Source: the human T2T-CHM13v2.0 reference genome, Homo sapiens. Taken from it: a DNA stretch of 64,000 bases. Where the stretch lies: assembly GCF_009914755.1 (NCBI RefSeq), contig NC_060934.1; one strand, given 5' to 3'. This document shows, piece after piece, positions 14,686 through 28,449 of this stretch (its first letter is position 1; every line of letters begins with the position of its first letter). Below the pieces are notes generated by a model. That model saw only the letters and a list, made by a program, of their open reading frames with translations. It was not told the DNA's origin and made no database searches. Position numbers and translations under genes: made by a program.

Positions 14686-15621
14686 CAGGTCTGCACCCAT
14701 CTTGGGTGGCAGCATCCCAGTGGCAATGGGACATGTCTGTTGATGAGACAGGGATGATGTCTGGCTTTGCTCACTGCTCTGTCTCCAGAGTCTGGGACTT
14801 AGGAGGCTGTGATGAATGAATGAATGCACGAATGAACAAATGAACCAGTCGGTGAGTGACAAACAGAAAGAAGAGGCAGGGCAGGTCTGTGGAGAAAGAA
14901 ACTTAGCTTGAACTTTAAAAGCCAGTTGAAATACCAAAATTAGCTGGTGGATTCTGCCAATAATGAAATCATTTCCGACTATGTTACAGTCACATGCTAA
15001 AAGGACACTTATTAAGAAAACCTTAAATCTTCAAGAAATTCAAGGGGCACATTGGGCCAAGCCAAAGGAAACCCCCCTTTTTGTTATATTCTTGGGTGGT
15101 ACCTGCTGGAAGTATCTTTCATTTCCATGTAAGCTGAAAAGAAAATAAAAAAATTAAGTGCCCCCTTTAGTGTCTAGAAGCCAATTAACTGAAACTTCTG
15201 TAAAGGCCAGAGGAGGAAGGCAAGTCAGAGACCTGAACCCACATCTCTGCCCGACACTGCTTTGGCCTGTGTCCTGCTTCTGTGGGCGGGAACATCCCGG
15301 CTGGTGGGAAAACTGTGGAAGAAGGCCACCTCCCTAAGAGCCTGACCAGGGCTCTGTAAAGGCCTTAGTGGCTCCACAAAATCAGGAGCATAACTTTTGA
15401 TAAGGCTGAGTTGGATTTTTCAGAAACATAAGATGTTTTAAGAAAAGGAAAGAAAAAAATTTCACAAAATATGTGAGAAAAAAAGCCAAAGTTCTGGAAA
15501 ATAATGCCCCATTCCAGCCTTCCCCAGAAAATGGTGTTCACGACAACCTTCCTTCAGCCAGGGCCGCCTCCCTGGGGCCTCCATGGAACAGGCAGTGAGA
15601 GAGGGAGCCAGGCGGTCCCCC

Positions 15622-15993
15622 AGCACTATGGCCTGGGCAGCTCCCAATACTATGGCCTGGACAGCTTCCAATGACATGACCTAGGCAACCCCCCCCCACC
15701 ATAACACCATGGCCTGAAAAACCCCCAACTCCACAGCCTGGGCAGCCCCCACACCATAGCCCAGCCAGGCCCCACACTACAACAGCATGGCCCGGGCACC
15801 TCCCAACACCATGGCCTGCGCAGCTTCTAATACCATGGTTTAGGCACCCCCCACCAACCCCGCAACCATAATACCATGGCCTGGGCAGCCCCCACACGAC
15901 AGCCTGGACTGCCCGCAATACCATGGCTTGGGCAGACTCCACACCACGGCCCTGCCAGCCCCCACATCACAACACCATGGCCCGGGCACCCCC
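15622..15993. repeat. Degenerate ~24-bp minisatellite, 14 units, consensus AAYACCATGGCCTGGGCAGCYCCC
   Basis: Manually parsed into 14 monomers of 23-41 nt. Confidence 0.85.
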
Positions 15994-16504
15994 AGGCCCA
16001 GGCAGATTTAGGCCTGTGAGGAAACTCTGGGACTCAGCTCTGGGACTCCAGTGAAAGTCTGGATGTCAGGCGAAGGTCCTACTACACTGACAGTGTGACT
16101 CCCCTGGCAGGGGGATGGAGGGTAGGATCAACATGTGGGGAACAGACTCCCCAAAGGGAGTGGCAGATGGGGCTGAGACAGCAGGCAGGGGCCCAGCACC
16201 TTCGCTGGGGAGGAGGCAGCTGGTGGTTGGAAGTGCAGGCCTAAGGGCCTGGTTCCAGTCTGGGGTGCTGCCATGTCTGCCCCTGTACCCTCAGGTATGT
16301 CCTGGGATGACCTCATCACCTCTCTACACTTCAGTTCCCTCATCAGTGAAAGGAGAAGGCAACAATACCTGCCACGGTGGAAGTTACCAGCAGGAAACAA
16401 AAATGCTGCCTGATGGGCTTAGGGTGGCCCTGGCCTGCAGCCTCACTGAGCAAGACCTCTATCTTCTCACCCATCACAAAAAGCTATTCCAGTTGCTGGA
16501 GGAA

Positions 16505-16690
16505 TAACAGCTAATGTGCATAGCATGGTTCAAAATTGACACGGCATTTTCACATAGATTCTAACAGGGTCTCTGCACACCATTTTATAGATGGGGACAC
16601 AGATGCTCAGAGGGGAGAAGAGAGCTGCCCAAGGTCACGGACAGAGCAAGGAGGGGACAGAGCTGGAGAATGATTCCAAATCCGAGCCCT
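16505..16690 (-). mobile_element. MIR
   Basis: ccattttatagatggggacacagatgctcagagggg...ctgcccaaggtcac. Confidence 0.7.
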
Positions 16691-17621
16691 TCATGGACAG
16701 CACACAGGCCCCCCCTTCATAGCCCCTTCCTCTCTCCTAACAAGAAAGGCAGCATATGGTCCATGCAGATGAAAGAAGAAAGCAAAATGGAAACAGTGTG
16801 CAGAGAAGGGGCCAGGATCAAGCCAGCATCTCCATCTGGGCCGCGTGACAAAACCGAATCCCTTAAAAGTAGCAAACTGAATTGCCAATGTGGGCCACAT
16901 GTTCTATTCTGGTCTACAGTGATAAATATAATTCTTGGTTAATAGAGAACTATTTTTCTCCTCACTATACAAAGGGCTTACAGTAGCAACCCCCAGAAGC
17001 CAGAAAAAAAAAATGCTTTGCTGCAATTTTGCATCTTCCCCAGGAAATTCCAGTCCAACAGGCTCTGCATTCCTGTAGTAAAGGACCCAGCCCAGGGCTC
17101 TGAGGTCCTTGTCTGCTTCTGCTTAAGGAACCCACATTAGGAGAAAAAAATGACCAAAGAGGTTCTCTGGGGCTCCCCAGAATTGCAGCATTAAGGCTAA
17201 ATCACCACAAACACACCAGATCTGCTGGGAGGATCTGCTGGGAACCCTCACACAGGGAGAGCCGGGAGAACTTCACAGGTGAACATGAAAATCTAAACAA
17301 AAGCAGTGAGAAACGCCTGCTCTGTGCGATGTTGGCAGGGAAAGGGCCATGACACAGGGAGGAATCACCTGCACCCTTATCCAATTCTGAGGACTGGAAG
17401 CTCCCAGAGGAAATAAGAATCCAGGGATTCAGTGGGTCCTGAAGGGCGAGTTGAGCAGTGGACTGATGCGCTGGCTTCTATCCATCTCAATGACCTTGAC
17501 GGGAGCCCGGGGGGAGGCTGTGGGCTGGACATGGAGGTACTCATGAAATTGTCTAAGAACTTCTTACCAAAACTAGACCAAAATCAATCAATCAAACAAT
17601 CCATCAAAATCCCATGGCCCA

Positions 17622-17667
17622 TCTCTCTCTCTCTCTTTCTCTCTCTGTCTCTCTTTCTCTCTCTCTC
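17622..17667. repeat. Interrupted (CT)n microsatellite
   Basis: Read directly. Confidence 0.9.
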
Positions 17668-18161
17668 CATTGTGTCTTCTCTGGGATACCTGCCTGGTCA
17701 GTCCCACCCTCCTCTGGGCCAGCCTTTCATGCAGAAGACCTGGCCTCAGATCTGGGCATAAGGAAGAGTGGGCATGGCTGGGGCAGCAGTGCCCTGTGGC
17801 CCCCACTCTTGCCCTCTGTGCAGCCAGCAGCCACCTTTCTGACTTGCAACCAAATAGAGTCCTTTGCCTTTAAAGAGACACCCTGGTAACAGCAGCAGGT
17901 GGGTGTGTGCAGACACTGTGCAGGGAGCTGTTGGTACCTGCCAGTCTCATCTTAGATTCCACCTGGAAACAGCCTGAGACAAGAAGGCTTTGGGCACAGT
18001 GCTGTATGTGGGAGGAGATTTCAAGTAGCACAGGTGAAAAGTTGAAGGGGAAACACCAATAACTCAGGCTGTGTTGTCTGGCAGGACTCAACGGGGACTC
18101 AACCTGGCTGGGGACTCAGGGTGGGGTTGGGAGGGGAGATGCCTCTGAGCTGCCCCACTCC

Positions 18162-18211
18162 GGAGGCTGGGAGGCTAGAAGGCTGGGAGGCTGGGAGGCT
18201 GGAAGGCTGGG
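18162..18211. repeat. 8-bp tandem repeat (GGGAGGCT) x ~6
   Basis: ggaggctgggaggctagaaggctgggaggctgggaggctggaaggctggg. Confidence 0.85.
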
Positions 18212-20274
18212 CATTGACCCCTCCAATCGTACACCTCCTCCAAAAGCTCGGGTTATTAATTGTTCCCATGCCATCGTGAGGAACTGATGCTTGGAGAAGT
18301 CACAAATGCCCATGAGTGGCAGAACCAGACTTTGACCTCAGCTCTCTCTTCATCCTGGAAAAACTCACCATGGAGCACCTACCTGTGCCTAGCATGAACC
18401 AGGCATTCCATACAAATCTGTGACATCAGGGGCTTAAATTAACATGTGAAGCTGTTTTGTGCCATGCTAACCATCCTATGATGCCCAACGAGTAGCCAGC
18501 TGGCTGCCAGCCAGATGTGGATGCCAGCCCTTCCAGTGGCCATCCAAAGAAACCCTAATTTCCTGGGTTTTGTGACCCCAGAGTGGTAGCTGCAGTGGCT
18601 GGGGCCTGAGAGGGCCACAGAGGGCAGAGCCATTGCTGGAGATGCCAAGCCTGAATGCTCAGGCTCCCTGGACCCTCAGGGACATCCAGAGAAAACCTCC
18701 ACCTCAAAAGTCAAGGCTCCAGGGCCAGGCTGCCATTGTCCCCACACTAAAGGTGCCATGAGCTCTAGCAGCCATGGACACTTGAGGCATACAGAAAACA
18801 CAGTGGCTATTTTTAAGAACCACAGCATGCAGTCCAGCTTTCGCAAACGTGGGCGTGTCCTCCTTTATTATCCATGCGCGAGCCCTGGTTTCTGGAACCT
18901 TGGGCACAGGCAAGAGGAAATTTGCCAGCATTAATAGTTGACTTTGGAAAGCATTTTGGAAATGGAGGTGGTGTCTTAGAAAGCTGCTTGCTAATGTACA
19001 GGAAATGACGTCCTCTCCCTTGGAATTCTGTAGGGAGTTTACCTGGACAAAACACTTTGGATTTAACTCTTAAAGTAAGCATATAATTTGACATGAAGGA
19101 TTGCTTGTTAATTGTTTAGGTATGCTAATAGCATTGTGATTGCTTTTTAAAGTACTTATTGAAATATTTACAAACACAGCTTCCTAATCCTTACACTCCC
19201 ATTTTGCCCAGGAGAAGACATTTCCATCCAAAAGCCAAATGCAGCAAAACACACTGAAAAGAGAAGGAAAGCTTAAATGTGAAGCCCTTTTCACCAACTG
19301 GCTTACGGCACACACAACAGAAAAGGCTTTGTTTACAACCAAATATGCTCAAAGAACAACTCTTTGGTTATTTCCCCCTGCAACTGGGGCCCAGCACAGT
19401 ACAAAATGCAAACTCAATGATTCTGAGCACAGACACACAAACAAACGTGGCTCGCTGCCCCCTCTGCAAATTCCACGGGCTCAAGACTATGGCGATGATG
19501 TGGGTTTGTCCACATTCAAACAGCGGTGCATTCTCACCAGCACAGGAAGAAAGTTATGAACAAAGGACCAAGCAGAAACTCAAATTTAAAGACTACATAT
19601 CCAAGCCTACTTCTAACCCAATGTGCAATGAAGAGAGAAATAAATAAAATCTTCAAATCCCTCATTCAAATCAATAGTTCAGCTTATTATTTGATTTGAT
19701 TGTTACTGCCAAGTGGGAGGAAAAGGATAAGTTCTATAACTATGGTTTATTTTTCTGTTCTATTTTATTCTTCAAAAGGAATATGGCTGCAAACCAGGGT
19801 CATCAATTTGAAGATGGCATGGAAAGTAAGACACCCCCAAATCCACTTGCACGTGCAAAATGTGGCCCCTTACCTTATTCATAACCCTGGGAGAATGAAA
19901 ACTGAGGACCTGAGATTCACTCCCGTGGCCTTAAATCATTCCAACTGCAGGGATCTAGAAACTGTCAAATTCAATTCGAAACAGCTAAATAAATGGAATT
20001 AGAGAGCAGAACGTTGTCAAGTTCATATGAGGAAGAACATTCTAGCAATAAGTACTCTTCATCCACTGAATGGTGAGAGTCCATCCATGGAAGCCTGTGA
20101 GCAGAGGCCGGGCAGCTCACTGTTAGAATCTTGCAATAAGCAAGAATCTGTGCTCAGTGTCCACTTAGGTTCCTTAGAGTTCTAAAATTCTCGGATGGAT
20201 GAGTGTTCACAATGAGGACCTCAGAAACTGTACAGTACCAAAATCCTACTGCAACCTAAGAAAAAGATTCTACG

Positions 20275-20810
20275 GTTCCATATCCTGACAGTGGTGGTGG
20301 TTCCATGAACCTGTACATGTGATAAAAACTACAGAGAACATGCCTACAAATGCATGTAAGAACTGGTCAAATCTGAGTAAGGCATGTAATCTAGTTAACA
20401 GTATCACTGTCAACCTCCTCATTTTGATACTGTATACAACAGTGACTCCCATCCCCCTGGGGATATTTGGCAATGTCTGGAGACATTTTTGGTTGTGACA
20501 ACAGGGGGGAGGGTGCTACTGGCATCCAATTTGGAGTCCAGGGACACTGCTAAACATCCTGCAATACACAGGAAGGCAACCCCCTTCCTCCTCTGTTGGC
20601 ACGTACACACAACACACACACACACATACACAAACAAACACACAATTGGCCCAAAACATCAATCCTGCCAAGATTGAAGTATCTTGTACTAGAATCATCT
20701 AAGAGGTTATCACTGGGGGGAGCTGACAAAGCGTACATGGGGCCTCAGTGTACTATTTTTGCAATTTCCTGTGAGTTTATAATTATTTCAAAATAAAAGC
20801 TTAAATAAAT
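20275..20810 (+). mobile_element. L1M 3' end fragment interrupted by MER20
   Basis: aactggtcaaatctgagtaagg and tttgcaatttcctgtgagtttataattatttcaaaataaaag L1M 3'-end motifs. Confidence 0.7.
20440..20686 (+). mobile_element. MER20 hAT-Charlie element
   Basis: ggggatatttggcaatgtctggagacatttttggttgtgacaac...tgctaaacatcctgcaatacacagg. Confidence 0.88.
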
Positions 20811-22179
20811 GTTTTTAAAGATTCCATTCTGTTTAATATATTGGGGCTCTACTTCTCTGGAAACCTGTTAGCCACTCATGGAAAATGCAATACTCTCAGT
20901 TAGCCAAAGGGTTCAGTTCTCCAAGCATCTCCATGAATGTCAGCATGTCACACCCATTGGGCATTTCTGTGGTGGTGCGAAAGAACAGCCAATGGTCAAA
21001 GCCAGAACCCACATCAAGATCAAATCCCCAATGCCCTTGGCTCCTTGCATAAACCCCGCTACAGGGTTAAAACAGGGCTCCCTCCTAGGGCCTACCACAT
21101 AGAAAATCTGCCTGTGTGGGGAATCACTGCTGAATACATCTTTCCTTGCACTCACCTTTATGCAAAACAAGAGCTATCTGGGAAATATTTTATCATCTGC
21201 AAAGATAAAGTACATATAGACTTTTAATTAGTTATATATGCTTTTATACTGTTATGCATCTCTAAATTGAACCCCTCACTCCCACCTCAGTGCCTCATAC
21301 ATAGCATTGCATCATCCACCCAGTGAAGCAAAGTACAGAAGTTTGCATTAAACACTCCAGGCCACAGTCCAATGTTCCTTCCTATGTAAGTGCCTTCCTA
21401 AGATATTCCAAAACAATCCAATGCAGAGATAAGTGCTTCTATTACACCACGAGCAGCATATAGATCAAGCCGCTACTTAAAGTAGAAAAAAAATAATTTT
21501 CTCCTAGTGTAGTTTAACTGCACAAAACTGTCACTGATTCCCCTAACTAAGTTCACGCTTAAACCAGTCTTCCCACTTTGGTCCAGGGCAGAGGATTCTG
21601 CTGAGCAAACACCAAAATAAAAAAGGACAGGAGTTAAAAATATGAGATAAATGTCACACTTGTCTTGTCATGGTTGGGGAGAGCTCTAAAAAAGCCCCAC
21701 AGAATTCATTAGAAACACAGCTGACATGGTAGCAGGTCTGCAGGCAGCTGTCCCAACAGGCCTCTGATGTGAGTCTCTAGATCTTCCGAAGACGTGTTTT
21801 CAGTATGGGGCTTGGAGATCCCGGTGGATGCCAGGGCTGCGGTGAACTGGGCAATGTGTCCTGCAGGAGCAGAGGCTAGGCACCGAATCAACAGGCTCCC
21901 CCATGGCCTGTCTCTACCTGCAAGATGGCCTTCCAAAACCAAATGAGCTTTTTCTTGCAAATTCAGGTTACACTCTGATTTCTCCTCCAGAGACCCCATT
22001 CCAAGAGTGGCAAGAGCTGTTTCTCCAAGGACTAAAGAGAGTCACTTCCCCATGTAACCCCTGAGTCTGCAGACACATTAGTCTGTGGACACTGCTCAGG
22101 CCAGGCTGTGACTTTCTGAGATGTGTTTTGTAGGGAAAGAAACCTATCTTAGGAATGATGTCCGGTCACTTGTACGAGT

Positions 22180-22483
22180 CCCCAGGACAATCAAGCTGAC
22201 TTACTTGTCAAGTCTTAAACATCACCTCTTCGGGGAAGCATTACGCAAGCCCCCACAGATTCAGTGAGCTCCCCCAGCTTGTTTGTTACCTTAACACCCC
22301 ACACTTTTGTGCAACCCTTAACACAACTGTGATTACTTTCTCAGAGTTCCCAGCTAGTTCCATGTGGTGGGGGGCGGGGGCTGGGGGGCAGGGAAGAGGA
22401 ACGTCTTGCTCTCCCCATTCCTAGGATCTCACCCAGCACCAGTGCTTAGCAGGTTCTTGGTAACGGCCTGTGGAATGAATGAA
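22180..22483 (+). mobile_element. L2 3' end fragment
   Basis: aaacatcacctcttcggggaagc...cagtgcttagcagg...gaatgaatgaa. Confidence 0.55.
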
Positions 22484-24089
22484 AGGTTCACAGGAAGACC
22501 AGCACATAAGCGGGCAGGCACACTGGAAGCTTTCATTAAAAAGGTTTTTACAGCAATTGACAAAGTAAAGTGAGATGGCAGGTGCAGTCTTCCTATTTGC
22601 AAACGATGATGAAGTTAAAGCTCAGGAAACTGAGCCATGATTCCAGATCCCCAAGTTGATGAGCCCTAAACATGGGTGTTAGGCCCAGTCTTCAGACTCC
22701 CAGTCTGGGGCTCTCTTCCACTTTCCCCCTTAGCACTACCCCCAGTGACTGCCAGAACCCAACATACATGTCTCCTGCCTACACCACCCTACCATGCCCA
22801 GGACGGAGCTAAGCACATTGCAGGCACTTAAAAAAAAACTAGAATGCATGTGGATTTGATTCAAACTACCAAACCAAAAAGGCCTTGAGTTAAAAAGGAC
22901 AGAAGAAAGGCTTTCAAATATCCCAAGCCAGCAAGTGACGCTGAGCAAGTTACTTAAACTGTCTGAGCCTCACCCACCCTTCGGAGCCACTGAAAGGATG
23001 AAATGAAACTGGCACATAAAGTTTCTAATGGAGTCACAGTCGACATTCTACAAATATAAGTCTCTTCCCACTCCTAATCCTGTTATTAAGCCACTGTAGC
23101 TCTTAAACATCTGAATTCCCATAACTCTCCCTGAAACACTGGAAATTCTGGATGTGTTCAGGGTTGTCACACAACTCAGAAATCTCCGCCCATTCAAAGT
23201 TGTCCACAAATGGAAGCATGCCAGGGCCTCTGCAAAGGGGGGTGCTCATATAGGTCCACCCTTTCAGGAGTTCTGTGTCCTCACCCCTCCTCCACTTTCC
23301 CACTGCCCTGGCTGCTGACTTTCGTGAGCAGTTTAACCAAACAAAGACGATGCCTTCCATACCCGGAGCCCTGTAACGGTGGCACCCGCACGTATCTCCT
23401 TTCAGGAAAGGCCACTGCGAGGCCAGAGAATTTGGCCACATTCCTGCTCATGCCCCACTCTTGAAATACCAGGCCTGCAGCCCCTGCAATTTAAGCAAAG
23501 AACATTTGGAACTAGAGAAAGCCCCACTTCACAAGGTGGTTAATAAACTACGTCATTTAGTGGAAGTCATTTTCCTAAGAAAATGAGGTTGGCAGAAACT
23601 GAAGATGGATTTGAGAAGGGTATGAGACTTGGATGAAAGACGGAGCACTGCAGGCAGCCAGGGAGCCCCCAAGCCGGAGTCCAGGCTGCAGCAGACTCCA
23701 GGCACAGACTCCCCAGTGGAGGCTGTGCCATCCTGCCCCAGCCGGGCAGAGGACCCAAGGGACCCGCTGAGAGTGGGAAGGAGGGAGCTGAGAAGGGACA
23801 CGACTGGGTAAAGGCCTACTGGCAGAGCTTTCCCTAGAAGGCCATCTGCCAAAACAGCCAGCCATCCACATCCCCAAAGCGGAAATTCAGCCGCATTTGA
23901 GGATTGAAGAAGTAGGCAGAGAAGTAAGAGGCATCCAGCAGAAAGACCCTTAGCTCAGGGGATTTCAAGCTTGAAACAAGAACTTTGACTCTCATAGGCA
24001 GCCTCCCAATTGCACAGCTCCCTCTTTACCTAAGGGCATAAGCCAGAGCTGAAATGCATGTCAGGGTCAAGGACAAGTTCTGGGAAGCT

Positions 24090-24950
<861 letters not shown>

Positions 24951-25477
24951 TCAATCTTAGAAGAAAACACTGAGGCCCGCTGTTCCATTCCTGTTTTACA
25001 GGTGGAGAAACGTGACCTGAGAGAAGAAAAGATTGGCCCAGGGTCCTAAAGTAAATCAGAGCCCAAGCAGCCTCCAGCTCTCAAACCGTGCCCCGTGTGC
25101 TGACCATTCCGCAGACGTGGACTTCCCACTAGCCATGCTACTGTTTCAGGAACTGGGAATGAGGAATTCCTGAGGTTCCCGGGGTTTCTGGGAGTAAAGT
25201 TCCCTGGGAGCAGGGCCTAGGGACCCTGGAGGAGCCCTCTCCCATCTGAGACTGTGATTCTGTTGGGTCTTGGGAAAGACAGTGACGTTTACCCAAGGTG
25301 GCCATCCAGGGGTCACAAGAGGGTTTGTGGTTCATCCAAGAGCAGGCTCTTGCCCAGAGGGTCCTTTGAGAAAGGGCCTCCTGCTTTGGACAACTCTGCA
25401 TGGGTTCTTTATGCGGAGCCCAGGCCCATGGCCCTGCGGCTTCTGCTCTCCAGGCGGGGATGTGGGGAACCAGGGAC

Positions 25478-26100
25478 TGCATCGTTTCCCTTGCTGCTGT
25501 AACAAACGATGACAAACTTAGTGGCTTCAAACAACACCTATCTCACAGCTCTGCAGGTGAGAAGGCTGATGCGAGTGTCACCAGGCCAAAATCAAGGGGT
25601 CAGCAGGACTGGTTTCTTAGGGGAGCCTCTGGCGAAAAGTCCACTTCCGGGCTCACTCAGGTATTGGCTGAATTCAGCTCCTTGCGGTAGTAGGACTGAC
25701 GTGCAGTTCACTCGCTGGCTGTGGGCTGAGGCGCCTTTCCTCCTGCTGGCTGCCTGTGTTCCTCCTCATGTCTTCTGCAGGCTCCTCCAGGCCTCTCCCT
25801 GGTCCTCGCACGTGGGCCCGGCATCTCAGAGCCAGAGCTGGCACAGCTTCAAATCGCTTCCCTTCCTGCCACATCTTTCCGCCTTCCAGCTAGAGAAAAT
25901 TCTGTGCTTTTAAGAGAGTGTGAATAGATGGGCCCACCCAAAAAATTCAGTATAGTCATCCTATCTTGAGTGGTGACCTTAACCACATCGGCAAAGTCCA
26001 TTTTGCCATGTTCCCTAACTTTTTGCCAGGTTCCGTAACTATCTCTTGTTCTAGGTATTCAGGTGTAGATGTCTTTGGGAACCCATGGAGTGCGCTACAG
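25478..26100 (-). mobile_element. MLT1E-like MaLR LTR
   Basis: gctgctgtaacaaa...caaacttagtggcttcaaacaacac; gaattcagctccttgcggtagtaggactga; gcaaagtccattttgccatg. Confidence 0.75.
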
Positions 26101-28009
26101 GGACAGACTGACCCTCAAGCCTGCATTGGCCTGTCACCTTCCCAGTTCCTCTGGGTCTGTGATGTGATCCTACGATGCCACTGAGCTGAGTCAGGGCACC
26201 AGGGCAAGGCCTCACCATTGCCCTGGAGTGAGGACTTCCCTAGAGTGGGGGCTCCTGAGACCCCACAGTGGGCAGGGCTTGGACCAGGAAGGTTGTCATT
26301 CTCTTTCTGCGCAGGCCACTCCACCAGGCCATCTTTTAGGGCCAGTCTTCCAGGCTTCCAGTTTGAAGGCCAAAGCAGAATGACCAGAGGGAGAGGAGGA
26401 GGCTGCTGGTTGAGGCAGGGCCTGTCTGCAGGGACCAGGAGGCCTTGGTCCTGCCTGTCAAACCCCCAGGACGCTCTGGAATCCAGAGCCAGCAGAAGTC
26501 CTCAGGGTGAGAGGGCAGGAGGGTCCCCTTCCCCACCCACCACTCTTTGCTCCCCAACCCTTCCTGGATCCCCGCCCACCCTCCTCCATGGCCTATCCCC
26601 AGGGCTCACTCCTGGGGACTGTTTTATCTGAAGCCAGGCACTCCAGACGACAACACAGTCTTTAGTGGTGAAACAGAAAGCGGCTCCAGCAGCAAGCAAC
26701 ACACCCAGCGTTCCAGCGAGCTGTGTGAAGCGCTAACAAGAGGCTGGCCTGGCATCCTGGCCAGAGGGACTGCAGAGGCAGCCCAGGCCAGGACGGTGCC
26801 CTGCACCACCTCCATCAGAACCCCCAGAGCTTGCTCAACAGCAGACCGACACCCAGGCGGCACCCCAGACCTTCAGAATCTCCTAAAGAGTGGGTTCAAG
26901 TACTAGCATATCTAAGAAGTTCCTCAGGTAATTCTGATAGCATCCAAATTTAAGATGAATCTTCTCCCTCTCATTTTACACAGGATCCTGAGGCCCAGAT
27001 TTACCTGAGGACACACAGCAAGCTAGTGATGGCCAGGACTAACCCTGCTCTGCTGCCTTTAACCAATATTTAAAGTCAGGCCATATACATCCCAATGGCC
27101 CCAAGCCCATGAGTCCTGAAGACACTTTACCGCTTTTCAGCACCTCTTAGGTGAGTAACATAACATATACCCGCTCTGCAGTGTCTGGTAAGTGTCCAGA
27201 GAAGGCCCTACCCAAACATGCCTCTCAACATGTCCCTGGAATAAAGAAATGAGTCCCACTTATTACTGCTCTCCCTATCAATGCTTGCTTGTTTGTTTTC
27301 CCTGGAGAGACACATAATTAAAGCAAGTAGGACAAATAGAACAAGAATCGATTGCACTGATGCCAGTTCTCCCAACACAGAAGCCCACGGCACTGTTCCT
27401 GGAGCCTCCTTTGTCTACCTCTGGCTCCCTCTCTCTGGTGCTGCCCGTCCTGGAAAGGTGCAAGGCACAGTCAGAGCTCATGAAGTTTAGGAAGATAGGG
27501 CGGCAAAGCTGACCTCATTCTCTTGGTTTGCAAGCCTTATTCTTTCTCCCAACTCTCACCTATCTGCCTGGGAAGGTCCTGCGTTCTTCAGCTTCTCAGA
27601 TGAAGACCTCCCTGGTCATCTTGGCCCCATCTCTCCTTCACCTTCTAATACATAGCAGTAAGTCCTGCTGCTCTCATGGCACACATTCTTTAATCTGCCT
27701 CTTCCTCTGTTCCCACTGCCCATCACTCAGCCCATGGTTCAGAGACCCATGGCAGATGATGGGAATCCGTGCTCAGCAGGTCTCGCTGTTTGGGCCTCTC
27801 TGATCTGCCGTCCACTCTTCCTTCAAGGCAACAAGCCATTCATTCTCCCTAAACACCCGTTAACAACCTTGCTCCCCGACCGAAGAATCTGCAGGGCTAA
27901 CCAATCCCAAGTAAACCTAACCCCTCTAGGTAAGGTTCAAGGCTCACCAGCTCACTCAAACTTGGCTCTTTCCACTTGCCACTGGGCAACAACCATAAGA
28001 CAGATTCTT

Positions 28010-28449
<440 letters not shown>

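Noticed and set aside
15622-15993. Repeat-spacer look resembling a CRISPR array
   Set aside because: Eukaryotic intron, tandem degenerate units without unique spacers, no cas genes.
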